Of a stretch of 40,413 nucleotides of DNA, positions 1-9,541 are shown piece by piece (the stretch's first letter is position 1; the number at the start of each line of letters is the position of its first letter). A model generated the notes under the pieces. That model saw only the letters and a list, made by a program, of their open reading frames with translations, did not search any database and had not been told where the DNA came from. The translations under genes and the position numbers were made by a program. Where the stretch lies: contig JAZQEQ010000252.1 of NCBI GenBank assembly GCA_045539055.1, positions 1 to 40,413 on the forward strand, in the 5' to 3' direction. This DNA comes from Oscillospiraceae bacterium (GTDB taxonomy: Bacteria > Bacillota > Clostridia > Oscillospirales > Ruminococcaceae).

Positions 1-285
1 GATTATGACCTGTTATTGCGGCTATATGAAAACGGACTCTTTGGTGCAAATGTACAGGAAGAATTGTTCGCATATACTCTGCCGCATAACGGTGTTACTA
101 ATCGCAGCTTTACTGACCGTGTAAATGAAGCAAAAACCAGAGCAGCAAGATTCAGAGCATTGAAGCTATTGCCCGCAGCCTTTCCTTATGTAATAAAACC
201 TTTGGTTTTGTACTTTATCCCCAAAAGAGCATTAGCAAAGATGAAAAAGCGAAAGGTCTTTCATAATGGTGAACAAAGTGAGTAA
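1..285 (+). CDS. Glycosyltransferase family 2, C-terminal part (gene begins upstream of window)
   Basis: Frame is open from base 1 (DYDLLLRLYENG...), resembling the GT2 (E)DYDLWLR motif; basic C-terminus; sits at the head of a glycosyltransferase cluster. Confidence 0.6.
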   Translation, partial: DYDLLLRLYENGLFGANVQEELFAYTLPHNGVTNRSFTDRVNEAKTRAARFRALKLLPAAFPYVIKPLVLYFIPKRALAKMKKRKVFHNGEQSE

Positions 286-1273
286 AATTAACATCTTTGT
301 GTCTCATCGCATCGATATATATAGCGAATTGGTTAATAATCCCATATACTATCCCGTACGGTGCGGAGCGGTTTTTGATACAGATAATTATAATGATATT
401 CCTGGTGATAACACTGGTGATAACATATCGGAAAAGCGAATGAGCTTTTGCGAATTTACGGTTCAATATTGGGCTTGGAAGAATGTTGTGTGTGATTACT
501 ACGGGTTGTGTCATTACCGGCGTTTTTTATCATTTTCAGACAAAAAGTACAAATCGGATTGTTATGGTATGTCACGACAAGCCATGCTGACACCGTCAGG
601 TATGAAACGTTTTAAATTACTTGACCCAAAAAAGATGGAAACAGTGATAGAAGAGAATGATCTGATCATCAATATGCCCGGTCGTGTCAGCGAGATTCCG
701 ACTCCATGTGGGTTTAAGCAGACAGTTCGTGAAATGTGGGAAGCACATAACGGTGTGTTTTTTGAGATCTCTACAATAGATAGGATGTTTGACCTTATCG
801 ATGCCCTATCTCCGGAGTACAGCAATTCAGCAAGGGAATATTTTGATGGCAAATTGCACAGAGGTTTTAATTGCTATATTATGAAACGAGAACTGTTCAA
901 TAGAATGTGTGAGTTTCAGTTTCCGATTTTATTTGAGCTTGAAAAAATGATTGATACCTCTGGATATACACAAACTATGGCTCGTTCGGTTGGATTTGTC
1001 GGAGAAATGCTGTACGGAATCTTTATATATCATATATTAAAGCACGAGGAATTGAAGTATAAAGAGCTTCAATTGGTCTATTTTGCAAATACCGATAAGA
1101 TCAAAGGTAAATTCGACCTTGCAAAGAGGTATGTTGTATGTTATGGAGACAAGGCACTTCGTGTGATTGTTGATCCGATTTTTCCCATTGGATCCAAACG
1201 ACGCGAACTCTTGAAAAGAGTTGTGTTCAAAGTGTTTAGGATCAAGCCTCGCGGACAAGCCAATATTCAATAA
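266..1273 (+). CDS. DUF4422 (GT111-like) putative furanosyltransferase
   Basis: Motifs GDNTGDNISEKRMSFCEFTVQYWAWKN, DYYGLCHYRRF, NCYIMKRELFNRMCEFQFPIL and R-x-x-GFVGE are typical of DUF4422. Start may be GTG 278. Confidence 0.85.
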   Translation: MVNKVSKINIFVSHRIDIYSELVNNPIYYPVRCGAVFDTDNYNDIPGDNTGDNISEKRMSFCEFTVQYWAWKNVVCDYYGLCHYRRFLSFSDKKYKSDCYGMSRQAMLTPSGMKRFKLLDPKKMETVIEENDLIINMPGRVSEIPTPCGFKQTVREMWEAHNGVFFEISTIDRMFDLIDALSPEYSNSAREYFDGKLHRGFNCYIMKRELFNRMCEFQFPILFELEKMIDTSGYTQTMARSVGFVGEMLYGIFIYHILKHEELKYKELQLVYFANTDKIKGKFDLAKRYVVCYGDKALRVIVDPIFPIGSKRRELLKRVVFKVFRIKPRGQANIQ

Positions 1274-1356
1274 GTTTAAAAATAAACGTTATTTGTTTTA
1301 ATAGTCTGCTATAGCATAAGCAGCTTAGAACCATAATGAGAATGAGAGGAATAGTT

Positions 1357-2109
1357 ATGAAAGTAGTTGGAGTGATTCCCGCAAGATATAAGTCCAGTCG
1401 TTTTCCTGGCAAGCCTTTGGCGGATATCTGTGGCAAGCCGATGATATGGTGGGTGTATAATCAAGCATTGAAGTCGGAAGTGCTTGATGAAGTTTATGTT
1501 GCAACGGATGACGAGCGCATCTATTCAGCTTGTACGAGCAATAATATCAATGTTATTATGACATCAGATTGTCACAAAACCGGAACCGATCGAATTGGTG
1601 AAGTTGCCAGAAAAATTTCTGCAGATTTGTATGTGAATATTCAGGGTGATGAGCCTCTGATAGAACCGGAAACGATTTCAAAAGCAGTATATCCTTTTTG
1701 GGAAAACAATGATCTTCAGGTAACCAATCTTATGACAAAGATAAATGATCCTGTTGATGTGGTTAATTTCACTGTTCCTAAGGTTATCACTAATTGTGAT
1801 AATATAGGTGTTTATCTTACGCGTAGCACTGCGCCTTATCCTAAGGGCTCAATCGATTATTGCTATTATAAACAAGTATGTGTTTACGGATTTAAGCCGG
1901 AGGCACTTGAGTTTTATTGTAATTCCCCTCGAGGAAAAATCGAATCCATTGAAGATATTGAGATTTTAAGGTTTATCGAAGCCGGATATCGTGTTCAATA
2001 TATTGAAGTTTCTTCTGAAACGGTTGCGGTTGATACACAAAACGACCTGGAAAAAGTTAGAGCAATTGTAGATGCAAAGATATTAGATGGTTCGATTTCT
2101 GTAGAGTAA
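1357..2109 (+). CDS. kdsB: 3-deoxy-manno-octulosonate cytidylyltransferase-like (CMP-Kdo synthetase family)
   Basis: IPARYKSSRFPGKPLADICGKPMI, VATDDERI, GTDRI, NIQGDEP, VDTQNDL. ATG 1357 follows an AGAGGA RBS. Confidence 0.85.
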   Translation: MKVVGVIPARYKSSRFPGKPLADICGKPMIWWVYNQALKSEVLDEVYVATDDERIYSACTSNNINVIMTSDCHKTGTDRIGEVARKISADLYVNIQGDEPLIEPETISKAVYPFWENNDLQVTNLMTKINDPVDVVNFTVPKVITNCDNIGVYLTRSTAPYPKGSIDYCYYKQVCVYGFKPEALEFYCNSPRGKIESIEDIEILRFIEAGYRVQYIEVSSETVAVDTQNDLEKVRAIVDAKILDGSISVE

Positions 2110-2133
2110 CTCTACAATTGGAAGGATCTAAAC

Positions 2134-3738
2134 ATGGGCAATGTAAAAATTCTTGATTGTACACTACGCGATGGTGGTTATATTAACAATTGGTTTTTTG
2201 GTACAAATAACATAATAAATATTATTTCCGATGTCGCCGACTCAAGGATAGAAATTATAGAGATTGGGTATCTTGCGCTTGGAAATCAAACCAGCACAGA
2301 TGAGGCACGTTTTTCTTCGCTTGAGCAAATCGATAATATTTTACCATCAAACGCCAATAACTCTTGCGTTGTGGCAATGGCAAACTGTGGTGATCTGGAT
2401 ATCGATTTATTGCCCGAGCGTGGGAATCATTCTTTAGCTGGCATTCGTGTCGTTTTTCATAAAACGCAGATCAATGAAGCTTTTTCTCTGTGTGAAAAGA
2501 TAAAAGAAAAGGGTTATAAGGTTTTTGTTCAGCCAATGTCGGCCATGAGATATTCTGATATGGAATTTATCTCCTTGATCGAACAAGCAAATAAACTTAT
2601 GCCATATGCGTTTTATATAGTCGATTCTAATGGTTCAATGAAAAAAAGAGATGTTGTAAGATATTATAATCTTGCAGAAAACAATCTTCAAACAGAAATT
2701 TCTCTTGGTTTTCATTCACACAACAACCTGCAGCTTTCTTATTCGAACGCACAAACATTTGTTGGAATGGGTAGTGACAGGGAGCTTATTGTCGACAGCA
2801 GTATTTTTGGCATGGGCAGGGGTGCAGGAAACCTTAATACAGAGTTGTTTATAGGTTATCTGAACAATATTTTCCATGCTAATTACTGTGTAGAACCAAT
2901 ACTTAAAACTATTGATACTATAATCGAAAAAATTTATAAAAAAACTCCATGGGGATATTCATTGCCGTACTATTTGTCGGCATCATATAAATGCCATCCT
3001 AATTACGCAGGATTTCTTCGTGATAAGCAAACATTGACTTTCAGCGATATGAATGCAATCTTTACACTAATATCTGAAAATAAAAAAGACGAATATGATA
3101 AGAATTATATTGAGAGCCTTTATTTTGAGTATTTGTGTGGGAAAAATGAAAAGTGGAGCATAACTACTGATTTCTCTGCAATATTTTCAGGTAAAAATAT
3201 CGTAATAGTTGCGCCTGGAAAAAGTGTTTCGGATGCAGATGAAGCAAAAAAAATAGCTGCTGTTATCAAGCAAGAGAACGCAGTCGTTATTGCAATAAAT
3301 CATATTTCTGACCAAATTAAATGTGATTATGTGTTTGTTAGTAATCTTCGTAGATCTGATATGATTGCTCCGAATGCTCATCGCAATCTTATCGTTACAT
3401 CCAATATCAAGAAAAGATCAGATGTGAAGTATGTTGTTGATTATTCAGCGCTGATAAACCATACGGAGCATGTAGAAGATAACGCCGTACTTATGCTTAT
3501 TGCTCTTCTTATAAAATCGCAGAGCAGTTCAATATGGCTTGCTGGAGTGGACGGATATATTGTCGGAGAACGCAATTATTTTGATGATAAGTTGGAGTCC
3601 TTTGACAGAAAAGTGGATTATCAGGCTCGCAATATGGGGCTTGAAATCATGCTTGATGAATATGCAAAAATAATTCCAATAGAATTTATAACTAATACAA
3701 GACTCAGATGTTTAGATGTTAAGAGGTTTACGGAATGA
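2134..3738 (+). CDS. HMGL-like (DRE-TIM) aldolase with a C-terminal Maf/MptE-like domain
   Basis: ILDCTLRDGG, GFHSHNNLQL and GMGRGAGN in the N-terminal barrel; C-terminal IVIVAPGKS...IAINH...LAGVDGY. Confidence 0.8.
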   Translation: MGNVKILDCTLRDGGYINNWFFGTNNIINIISDVADSRIEIIEIGYLALGNQTSTDEARFSSLEQIDNILPSNANNSCVVAMANCGDLDIDLLPERGNHSLAGIRVVFHKTQINEAFSLCEKIKEKGYKVFVQPMSAMRYSDMEFISLIEQANKLMPYAFYIVDSNGSMKKRDVVRYYNLAENNLQTEISLGFHSHNNLQLSYSNAQTFVGMGSDRELIVDSSIFGMGRGAGNLNTELFIGYLNNIFHANYCVEPILKTIDTIIEKIYKKTPWGYSLPYYLSASYKCHPNYAGFLRDKQTLTFSDMNAIFTLISENKKDEYDKNYIESLYFEYLCGKNEKWSITTDFSAIFSGKNIVIVAPGKSVSDADEAKKIAAVIKQENAVVIAINHISDQIKCDYVFVSNLRRSDMIAPNAHRNLIVTSNIKKRSDVKYVVDYSALINHTEHVEDNAVLMLIALLIKSQSSSIWLAGVDGYIVGERNYFDDKLESFDRKVDYQARNMGLEIMLDEYAKIIPIEFITNTRLRCLDVKRFTE

Positions 3739-4760
3739 AAATAGTAACTTTTGGTGAACTGTTATTAAGATTTTCGCCAACTGGCTATGAGCGTTTTTTT
3801 CAAACACCGCAAATGTTGACAAGCTTTTGTGGCGCAGAGGCGAATGTATCCGTAGCATTGAGAATGTTCGGCAAGGATTCTGCATTTGTTACCAAGCTAC
3901 CGAATAATGCTGTCGGAAAAGCAGCAAAAATGGAACTTCAGAAGTATGGCGTAGATGTATCTAGAATAATTACTGGCGGAGAACGATTAGGTATTATTTT
4001 TGCCGAAAAAGGTGCAAGCCAGCGACCTTCTAAAGTAGTATATGACAGGAAGCATTCTGCTATTGCACAGGCGGATCCTACAGAATTTGACTGGGATAAT
4101 ATATTCGGAGATGTTGATTGGTTTCATGTTACAGGTATAACACCAGCACTATCACCTCAAATGTCACAAGCTTGCATGGATGCTGTTAAGATCGCTGCGG
4201 ATAAAGGCATTACTGTAAGTCTTGACATAAATTATAGATCAAATCTTTGGACCAAAGAAGAGGCAAATTCAGTTATTACTCGTATTATGCCGTATGTCGA
4301 TGTATGTATTGGCAATGAGGAAGATGCTCAGAATGTTCTCGGTATACAAGCTGATGGAAGCGATGTGGAAAAAGGGATCATTGATCGCAGTGCTACGGCG
4401 AAAGTTGCTCGTATTATCGCAAATAAATACAATTGTAGGTATGTAGCGTTTTCGCAGCGCAGGAGCATTACTGCCAGTGATAATGATTGGTTTGGTGCTC
4501 TGTATAGCACAGAGCAGGATAAGATGTGCTATTCGAGAGAATATAGTATTCGGATAGTGGATCGTATCGGTGGCGGTGATGCATTTGCTGCTGGACTGAT
4601 CTATTCGTTGCATTCAGGTTATGATGTGCAGCAAAGTATTGAGTTTGCTGCGGCAGCAGGATGCCTTGACCAGACTCTTGAGGGAGACTTCTGCCTATTG
4701 GGCGCAGATGAAGTTTGGGCTTTGGTTAACGGCGATACAACGGGGAGAGTAAAAAGGTAA
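3735..4760 (+). CDS. PfkB-family sugar kinase, 2-keto-3-deoxygluconate kinase-like
   Basis: VTFGELLLR, GAEANV, DINYRSNLW, GNEED and the PfkB signature VDRIGGGDAFAAGLI. ATGA overlap with the upstream gene. Confidence 0.85.
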   Translation: MKIVTFGELLLRFSPTGYERFFQTPQMLTSFCGAEANVSVALRMFGKDSAFVTKLPNNAVGKAAKMELQKYGVDVSRIITGGERLGIIFAEKGASQRPSKVVYDRKHSAIAQADPTEFDWDNIFGDVDWFHVTGITPALSPQMSQACMDAVKIAADKGITVSLDINYRSNLWTKEEANSVITRIMPYVDVCIGNEEDAQNVLGIQADGSDVEKGIIDRSATAKVARIIANKYNCRYVAFSQRRSITASDNDWFGALYSTEQDKMCYSREYSIRIVDRIGGGDAFAAGLIYSLHSGYDVQQSIEFAAAAGCLDQTLEGDFCLLGADEVWALVNGDTTGRVKR

Positions 4761-4773
4761 TTTGGAGGTTTTT

Positions 4774-7701
4774 ATGGAAACGATAAAACGGGCTTTTGAT
4801 ACAAATAATGTTTCCGTTATGGTAACTAGTAGCGATCTATATGCGCCATATGTTGGTGTTCTCGTTGAATCTATTATTGAAAATTCGTCTACGGATAACA
4901 ACTATGATATTTTGATTTTACAGACAGATATTTCTGAGGCTAATGTAAATTTGCTTGAGGGAATGGCAAAGGATAAATCAAACGTCTCGGTTAGATGTGT
5001 TGATATATCTGAAATAATCGATTCATATGAATTTACCACTTTTAACAAAGCACACAAGAAATATAATTTCTATCGTTTATGCGCTTTGGAAGTGCTTCCG
5101 GAGTATGATAAACTTATTTATCTTGACAGTGATCTGGTTCTTAATGCGGATATTGCAGAGTTGTACAATATTGACATTGGTGACAATTACTTAGCTGCAA
5201 CCAAATGCTTAAGAATGTCAGTACATATGAATAATCCTAATCCTCTTGGCGGAATGGATATTCCTATGCGCGATTATCTTTCGGAAGAAGTTGGGCTTAA
5301 AGTGCCCGAAGATTACTTCAATTCCGGTGTTATGCTTTTCAGTTTGGATAATATGAGGAGAGATTTCACATCGAGACAGTTGCTTGATATCTCCACGAAC
5401 ACTACTTTTGCAACTGCAGAACAGGACGTGCTTAACAAACTTTGTGAAGGAAAAGTAGTTTTCCTACCACAGATCTGGAATTATCTCTGCGAAAAGGGAA
5501 ACGGCATGGAGCAAAATGCCGATAAGGCGCTTTATGATGAGTGGGTCGGTGCACGAAGCAACAATAAAATATGGCATTACGTGGGCGGCGGCAGTGCTAT
5601 TCCTTGTAATCGTCCTACTGTTGATGGAGCTGAATATTTTTGGAAATACGCTTATAATACACCGTTTATAGATGTGCTTTTTGAGCGAATGGACAATAAT
5701 AGTAATAGTGCGGCTATCCAGCAGCCTGTAATTCCTGTTGTTAGCAATGATCAGTCTTCTTTGTCAGCGCCTCAGCAAACAAAATCATGGAAAAGAATAA
5801 TTAAGAAGATGTTTCCATATGGTTCGGCAGGTTATATTTCGCTTAAAAAGAAGTATTTTAAGCTGAAGCGCAAGCCGTATGATCCTAATCTTGATATCAC
5901 TAATGCGAAGATCATGCAAAAGAATCAACAGCGCATCAAGATATTTGTTTCGCGCCGTATAGATAAAAATAGTACCATAATCAATAATCCTATTTTTCAG
6001 GATGTCAGATGTGGTGCTGTGTTTGATAAGTCGCCTTCGTATTATCTTGGTGATAACACAGGTGATAATATCTCGCAATTGAGAGTGCCTTTTTGTGAAT
6101 TGACCGTAATGTATTGGGCTTGGAAAAACGAAGATGCAGACTATTATGGATTATGCCATTATCGTAGATTTCCGACATTCATCTCAAAAAGTCTTGAATT
6201 GTCGTATTATGGAGTAGCAACTGAAGGAAAGCTAACTGATAAGACAATTAAAAAATACAAGCTTAATGACCAAAAACTATATGAGAAGAAAATACCACAA
6301 GCAGACATTTGGATTGCAGCAGGCATTGTAGATGTAGAGAAGTTTTTAACAACTAAAAACAGACCTATGCTTACAACTGTTTTTGATATTCTTATGTGCA
6401 GAGAGGATTTGTACAATCCTTCTATAGCTATTGTGACTTTGAAACTAATTGATGAGATCTGCCCTCAGTTTTCTTCAGCTGCTCATAGATATCTTAAATC
6501 CACCAAATTTTATGCGTATAATTGCTTTGTTATGAAAAAGCAATTATTCAATATGATGTGTGAATTTATGTTCCCCATCTTGTTCAGGCTAAATGAGATG
6601 TACAATTTCAGTTTGTTGTCCGGCAACAAGCAGCGAACCCCGGGCTATATGTCAGAATTTTTATATGGAGTATTCATTTCTTGGGCTATCGAGCAGGGAT
6701 ATAATGTAAAAACAACTCCACTTGTATTGTTTTTGGATACTGATAACAGACCACCATTGTCAAGAGCATTAAAAGCTCACAGACGTAGACATAGAAGGTC
6801 AATGAAAAATTCGCATTACTATAGAGCGTTGATAGACAATAACAATAGATTGAAAGCTATCCAGCATATACTTGCCAATTCGTCTGAAGGCGGTGTGCTT
6901 TGCTTGCGTAAGACAGCAACCGACCGACATTCCCTTACAGCCAATACAGGCTTTTCTGCGGCTTGCTTTGCCGAGCAGTTACATTCGTATCATAAGGCGG
7001 CTTTTGCAGAGTTCAAAAACTGCAATACAGGAAAGTCGGTGGCGATAATTGCTTCCGGACCTACCATGAAGTATTACTCGCAGATACCTGATATCGCTCA
7101 TATCGGCATGAATGCTTCATTCCTCAATCCGAATGTGAAACTGGATTATTATTTTACTACAGATTATGAAGCACGTAATGCTTGGTTCTCTGAACTGAAA
7201 AACTATGATTTTATCAAGTTTTTCGGACAGTATTCCACGGGAATTTTCCAGAATAAGTATCAGGTAACAGAACAGATCATCTACGAGAATAACGGAAGAC
7301 GGTTTTTCCAATCGGCACCGGACGGAGAGATACATATAGATATCGAGTTTTATCCGCTGATAGGCTATTATACAATAGCGTTGCAGGCCATTCAATTCGC
7401 GATATATACTAATGCTAAGCGCATTTATTTGATCGGTTGTGACTGCAATACTGCAGGATATTTTGACGGATCGTCTCAGAGTGGAGCTGCTACGGATTTT
7501 TGGCTTCGTGGCTATATTAAACTTAAAGCATTCATCGACAGATTCTACCCTGAAATAGAAATCATATCTGTAAATCCTTGCGGTCTAAGAGGCCTTTTCA
7601 ATGATGTTTATACCGAAGATTATCTTGCGGATAATCCTGATATAGACAGAACATTGTGCAAGATAGTTGATCTTAACGAAATTGAAACAAATATGGAGTG
7701 A
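4774..7701 (+). CDS. Three-domain glycosyltransferase: GT8 + DUF4422 + Maf/DUF115-like
   Basis: GT8 motifs YLDSDL, YFNSGVML, EQDVLN; DUF4422 motifs GDNTGDNIS and DYYGLCHYRRF; C-terminal IIASGPT...IGMN...LDYYF...IYLIGCD. ATG 4774 follows GGAGG. Confidence 0.8.
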   Translation: METIKRAFDTNNVSVMVTSSDLYAPYVGVLVESIIENSSTDNNYDILILQTDISEANVNLLEGMAKDKSNVSVRCVDISEIIDSYEFTTFNKAHKKYNFYRLCALEVLPEYDKLIYLDSDLVLNADIAELYNIDIGDNYLAATKCLRMSVHMNNPNPLGGMDIPMRDYLSEEVGLKVPEDYFNSGVMLFSLDNMRRDFTSRQLLDISTNTTFATAEQDVLNKLCEGKVVFLPQIWNYLCEKGNGMEQNADKALYDEWVGARSNNKIWHYVGGGSAIPCNRPTVDGAEYFWKYAYNTPFIDVLFERMDNNSNSAAIQQPVIPVVSNDQSSLSAPQQTKSWKRIIKKMFPYGSAGYISLKKKYFKLKRKPYDPNLDITNAKIMQKNQQRIKIFVSRRIDKNSTIINNPIFQDVRCGAVFDKSPSYYLGDNTGDNISQLRVPFCELTVMYWAWKNEDADYYGLCHYRRFPTFISKSLELSYYGVATEGKLTDKTIKKYKLNDQKLYEKKIPQADIWIAAGIVDVEKFLTTKNRPMLTTVFDILMCREDLYNPSIAIVTLKLIDEICPQFSSAAHRYLKSTKFYAYNCFVMKKQLFNMMCEFMFPILFRLNEMYNFSLLSGNKQRTPGYMSEFLYGVFISWAIEQGYNVKTTPLVLFLDTDNRPPLSRALKAHRRRHRRSMKNSHYYRALIDNNNRLKAIQHILANSSEGGVLCLRKTATDRHSLTANTGFSAACFAEQLHSYHKAAFAEFKNCNTGKSVAIIASGPTMKYYSQIPDIAHIGMNASFLNPNVKLDYYFTTDYEARNAWFSELKNYDFIKFFGQYSTGIFQNKYQVTEQIIYENNGRRFFQSAPDGEIHIDIEFYPLIGYYTIALQAIQFAIYTNAKRIYLIGCDCNTAGYFDGSSQSGAATDFWLRGYIKLKAFIDRFYPEIEIISVNPCGLRGLFNDVYTEDYLADNPDIDRTLCKIVDLNEIETNME

Positions 7702-7703
7702 AT

Positions 7704-8480
7704 ATGAAAGTTGTGATTTTAGCCGGTGGTTTCGGCACACGTATAAGCGAAGAAAGCCAGTTCAAGCCTAAACCTATGGTAGACCTCGGCGGAATGCCGA
7801 TCCTGCTTCATATCATGAAGCTTTACAGCGCACACGGTTTTAATGAATTCGTTATCTGCGCTGGCTACAAGCAGCATGTCATAAAGGAGTATTTTGCTGA
7901 TTATTTTCTGCATACGTCAGACATTACTTTTGACTTCACAGAGGGCAAAAATGAGATGACTGTACATCGTAATCATTCTGAAAAGTGGAAGGTTACTGTC
8001 GTTGATACGGGACTTAACACTATGACAGGTGGTCGTGTAAAGCGCGTAAAGGAATATCTGAACGGCGAGCCGTTTATGCTTACATACGGTGATGGTGTTG
8101 CTGATGTAAACATTACTAAGCTGGTGGAATATCACAAGTCCCACGGCAAGATGGTCACTATGTCCGCTTACAATGCGGGGCAACGCTTTGGCGTGCTGGA
8201 TATCGATGCAAACGGCAATATTACTGATTTTCGTGAAAAAACACAGGGCGACGGCAACATGATCAATATTGGTTTTATGGTATGCCAGCCTGAATTTGTT
8301 GATTACATCGATGGCGACAGCACCGTGCTTGAAAAAGCACCTCTGGAGACAGTTGCAAAGCTTGGACAGCTTATGGCGTACAAGCACGAAGGCTTCTGGC
8401 AGTGCATGGATACCGTGCGTGAAAAGGAACAGCTTGAGAAGATGTGGGCAAGCGGAAATGCACCGTGGAGGGTATGGTAA
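7704..8480 (+). CDS. rfbF: Glucose-1-phosphate cytidylyltransferase
   Basis: VVILAGGFGTRISEES, KPKPM, DTGLNTMTGGR, TYGDGV, HEGFWQCMDT. Confidence 0.95.
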   Translation: MKVVILAGGFGTRISEESQFKPKPMVDLGGMPILLHIMKLYSAHGFNEFVICAGYKQHVIKEYFADYFLHTSDITFDFTEGKNEMTVHRNHSEKWKVTVVDTGLNTMTGGRVKRVKEYLNGEPFMLTYGDGVADVNITKLVEYHKSHGKMVTMSAYNAGQRFGVLDIDANGNITDFREKTQGDGNMINIGFMVCQPEFVDYIDGDSTVLEKAPLETVAKLGQLMAYKHEGFWQCMDTVREKEQLEKMWASGNAPWRVW

Positions 8481-9541
8481 TGATAGATCTTTCTTTCTAT
8501 GAAGGTAAAACTGTTCTGGTAACGGGCCACACAGGCTTCAAGGGAAGCTGGATGTGCAAGGTGCTTGCAATGCAGGGCGCAAAGGTAATAGGTTATGCAA
8601 CAGAGCCGCCTACAAAGCCTTCGTTGTTTGAAGAAGCCAAGCTCGCCGATGAGATCGTATCTGTGATCGGTGATATCCGCAACCTTGAAAAGCTCACTGA
8701 AACAATGAATGAATACAAGCCCGAGATAGTTATCCACATGGCAGCGCAACCTATCGTTCGCGAAAGCTATGCTGATCCTGTCTACACATACGAGACAAAC
8801 GTTATGGGTACCGTAAACATCTGTGAGGCTGTGCGCCTTTGCGACAGCGTAAAGAGCTTTGTCAATGTTACTACGGACAAGGTTTATCTTAACAATGAAT
8901 GGGAATGGGGCTATCGTGAGAGTGACGCGCTTGATGGCTACGATCCCTATTCCAATTCAAAGTCCTGCTCTGAGCTTGTGACATCTTCTTATAAGAAGTC
9001 GTTCCTTAATGCAAAGGATATCGCAGTTTCTACCTGCCGTGCAGGTAATGTTATCGGCGGCGGTGATTTCGCTCCCGATCGTATCATTCCCGACTGCGTA
9101 AGGGCTATGGAAAAAGGCACTGAGATAATCGTTCGCAATCCCTACTCCACAAGGCCATATCAGCACGTTCTGGAGCCTGTTGTGACCTATCTCGTGCTTG
9201 CTATGAAGCAGTATGAGGATCACACTCTTGCAGGCTGCTATAATATCGGACCCGATGACTGCGATTGCGTGGAAACAGGTGAGCTGGTTGATATCTTTTG
9301 TAATGCATGGGGCGACGGCGCTTCTTGGAAAAACGTTGCGGAGGCAAATGCTCCCCATGAGGCAAATTTTCTGAAGCTTGACTGTTCCAAGATAAAGGGC
9401 GCTATGAAGTGGGCTCCAAGATGGCATATTACCGATGCGATCGAAAAGGTAGTTGAGTGGAGCAAGGTCTATCTTGCAGGCGGCGACATCAACGCGGTAA
9501 TGGAAAAGCAGATCAAGGAATATCTGGAGGATCAGAGATGA
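8480..9541 (+). CDS. rfbG: CDP-glucose 4,6-dehydratase
   Basis: VTGHTGFKGSW, HMAAQPIVRESY, TTDKVY, DPYSNSK, RAGNVIGGGD, RPYQHVLEP. TAATG overlap with rfbF. Confidence 0.95.
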   Translation: MIDLSFYEGKTVLVTGHTGFKGSWMCKVLAMQGAKVIGYATEPPTKPSLFEEAKLADEIVSVIGDIRNLEKLTETMNEYKPEIVIHMAAQPIVRESYADPVYTYETNVMGTVNICEAVRLCDSVKSFVNVTTDKVYLNNEWEWGYRESDALDGYDPYSNSKSCSELVTSSYKKSFLNAKDIAVSTCRAGNVIGGGDFAPDRIIPDCVRAMEKGTEIIVRNPYSTRPYQHVLEPVVTYLVLAMKQYEDHTLAGCYNIGPDDCDCVETGELVDIFCNAWGDGASWKNVAEANAPHEANFLKLDCSKIKGAMKWAPRWHITDAIEKVVEWSKVYLAGGDINAVMEKQIKEYLEDQR

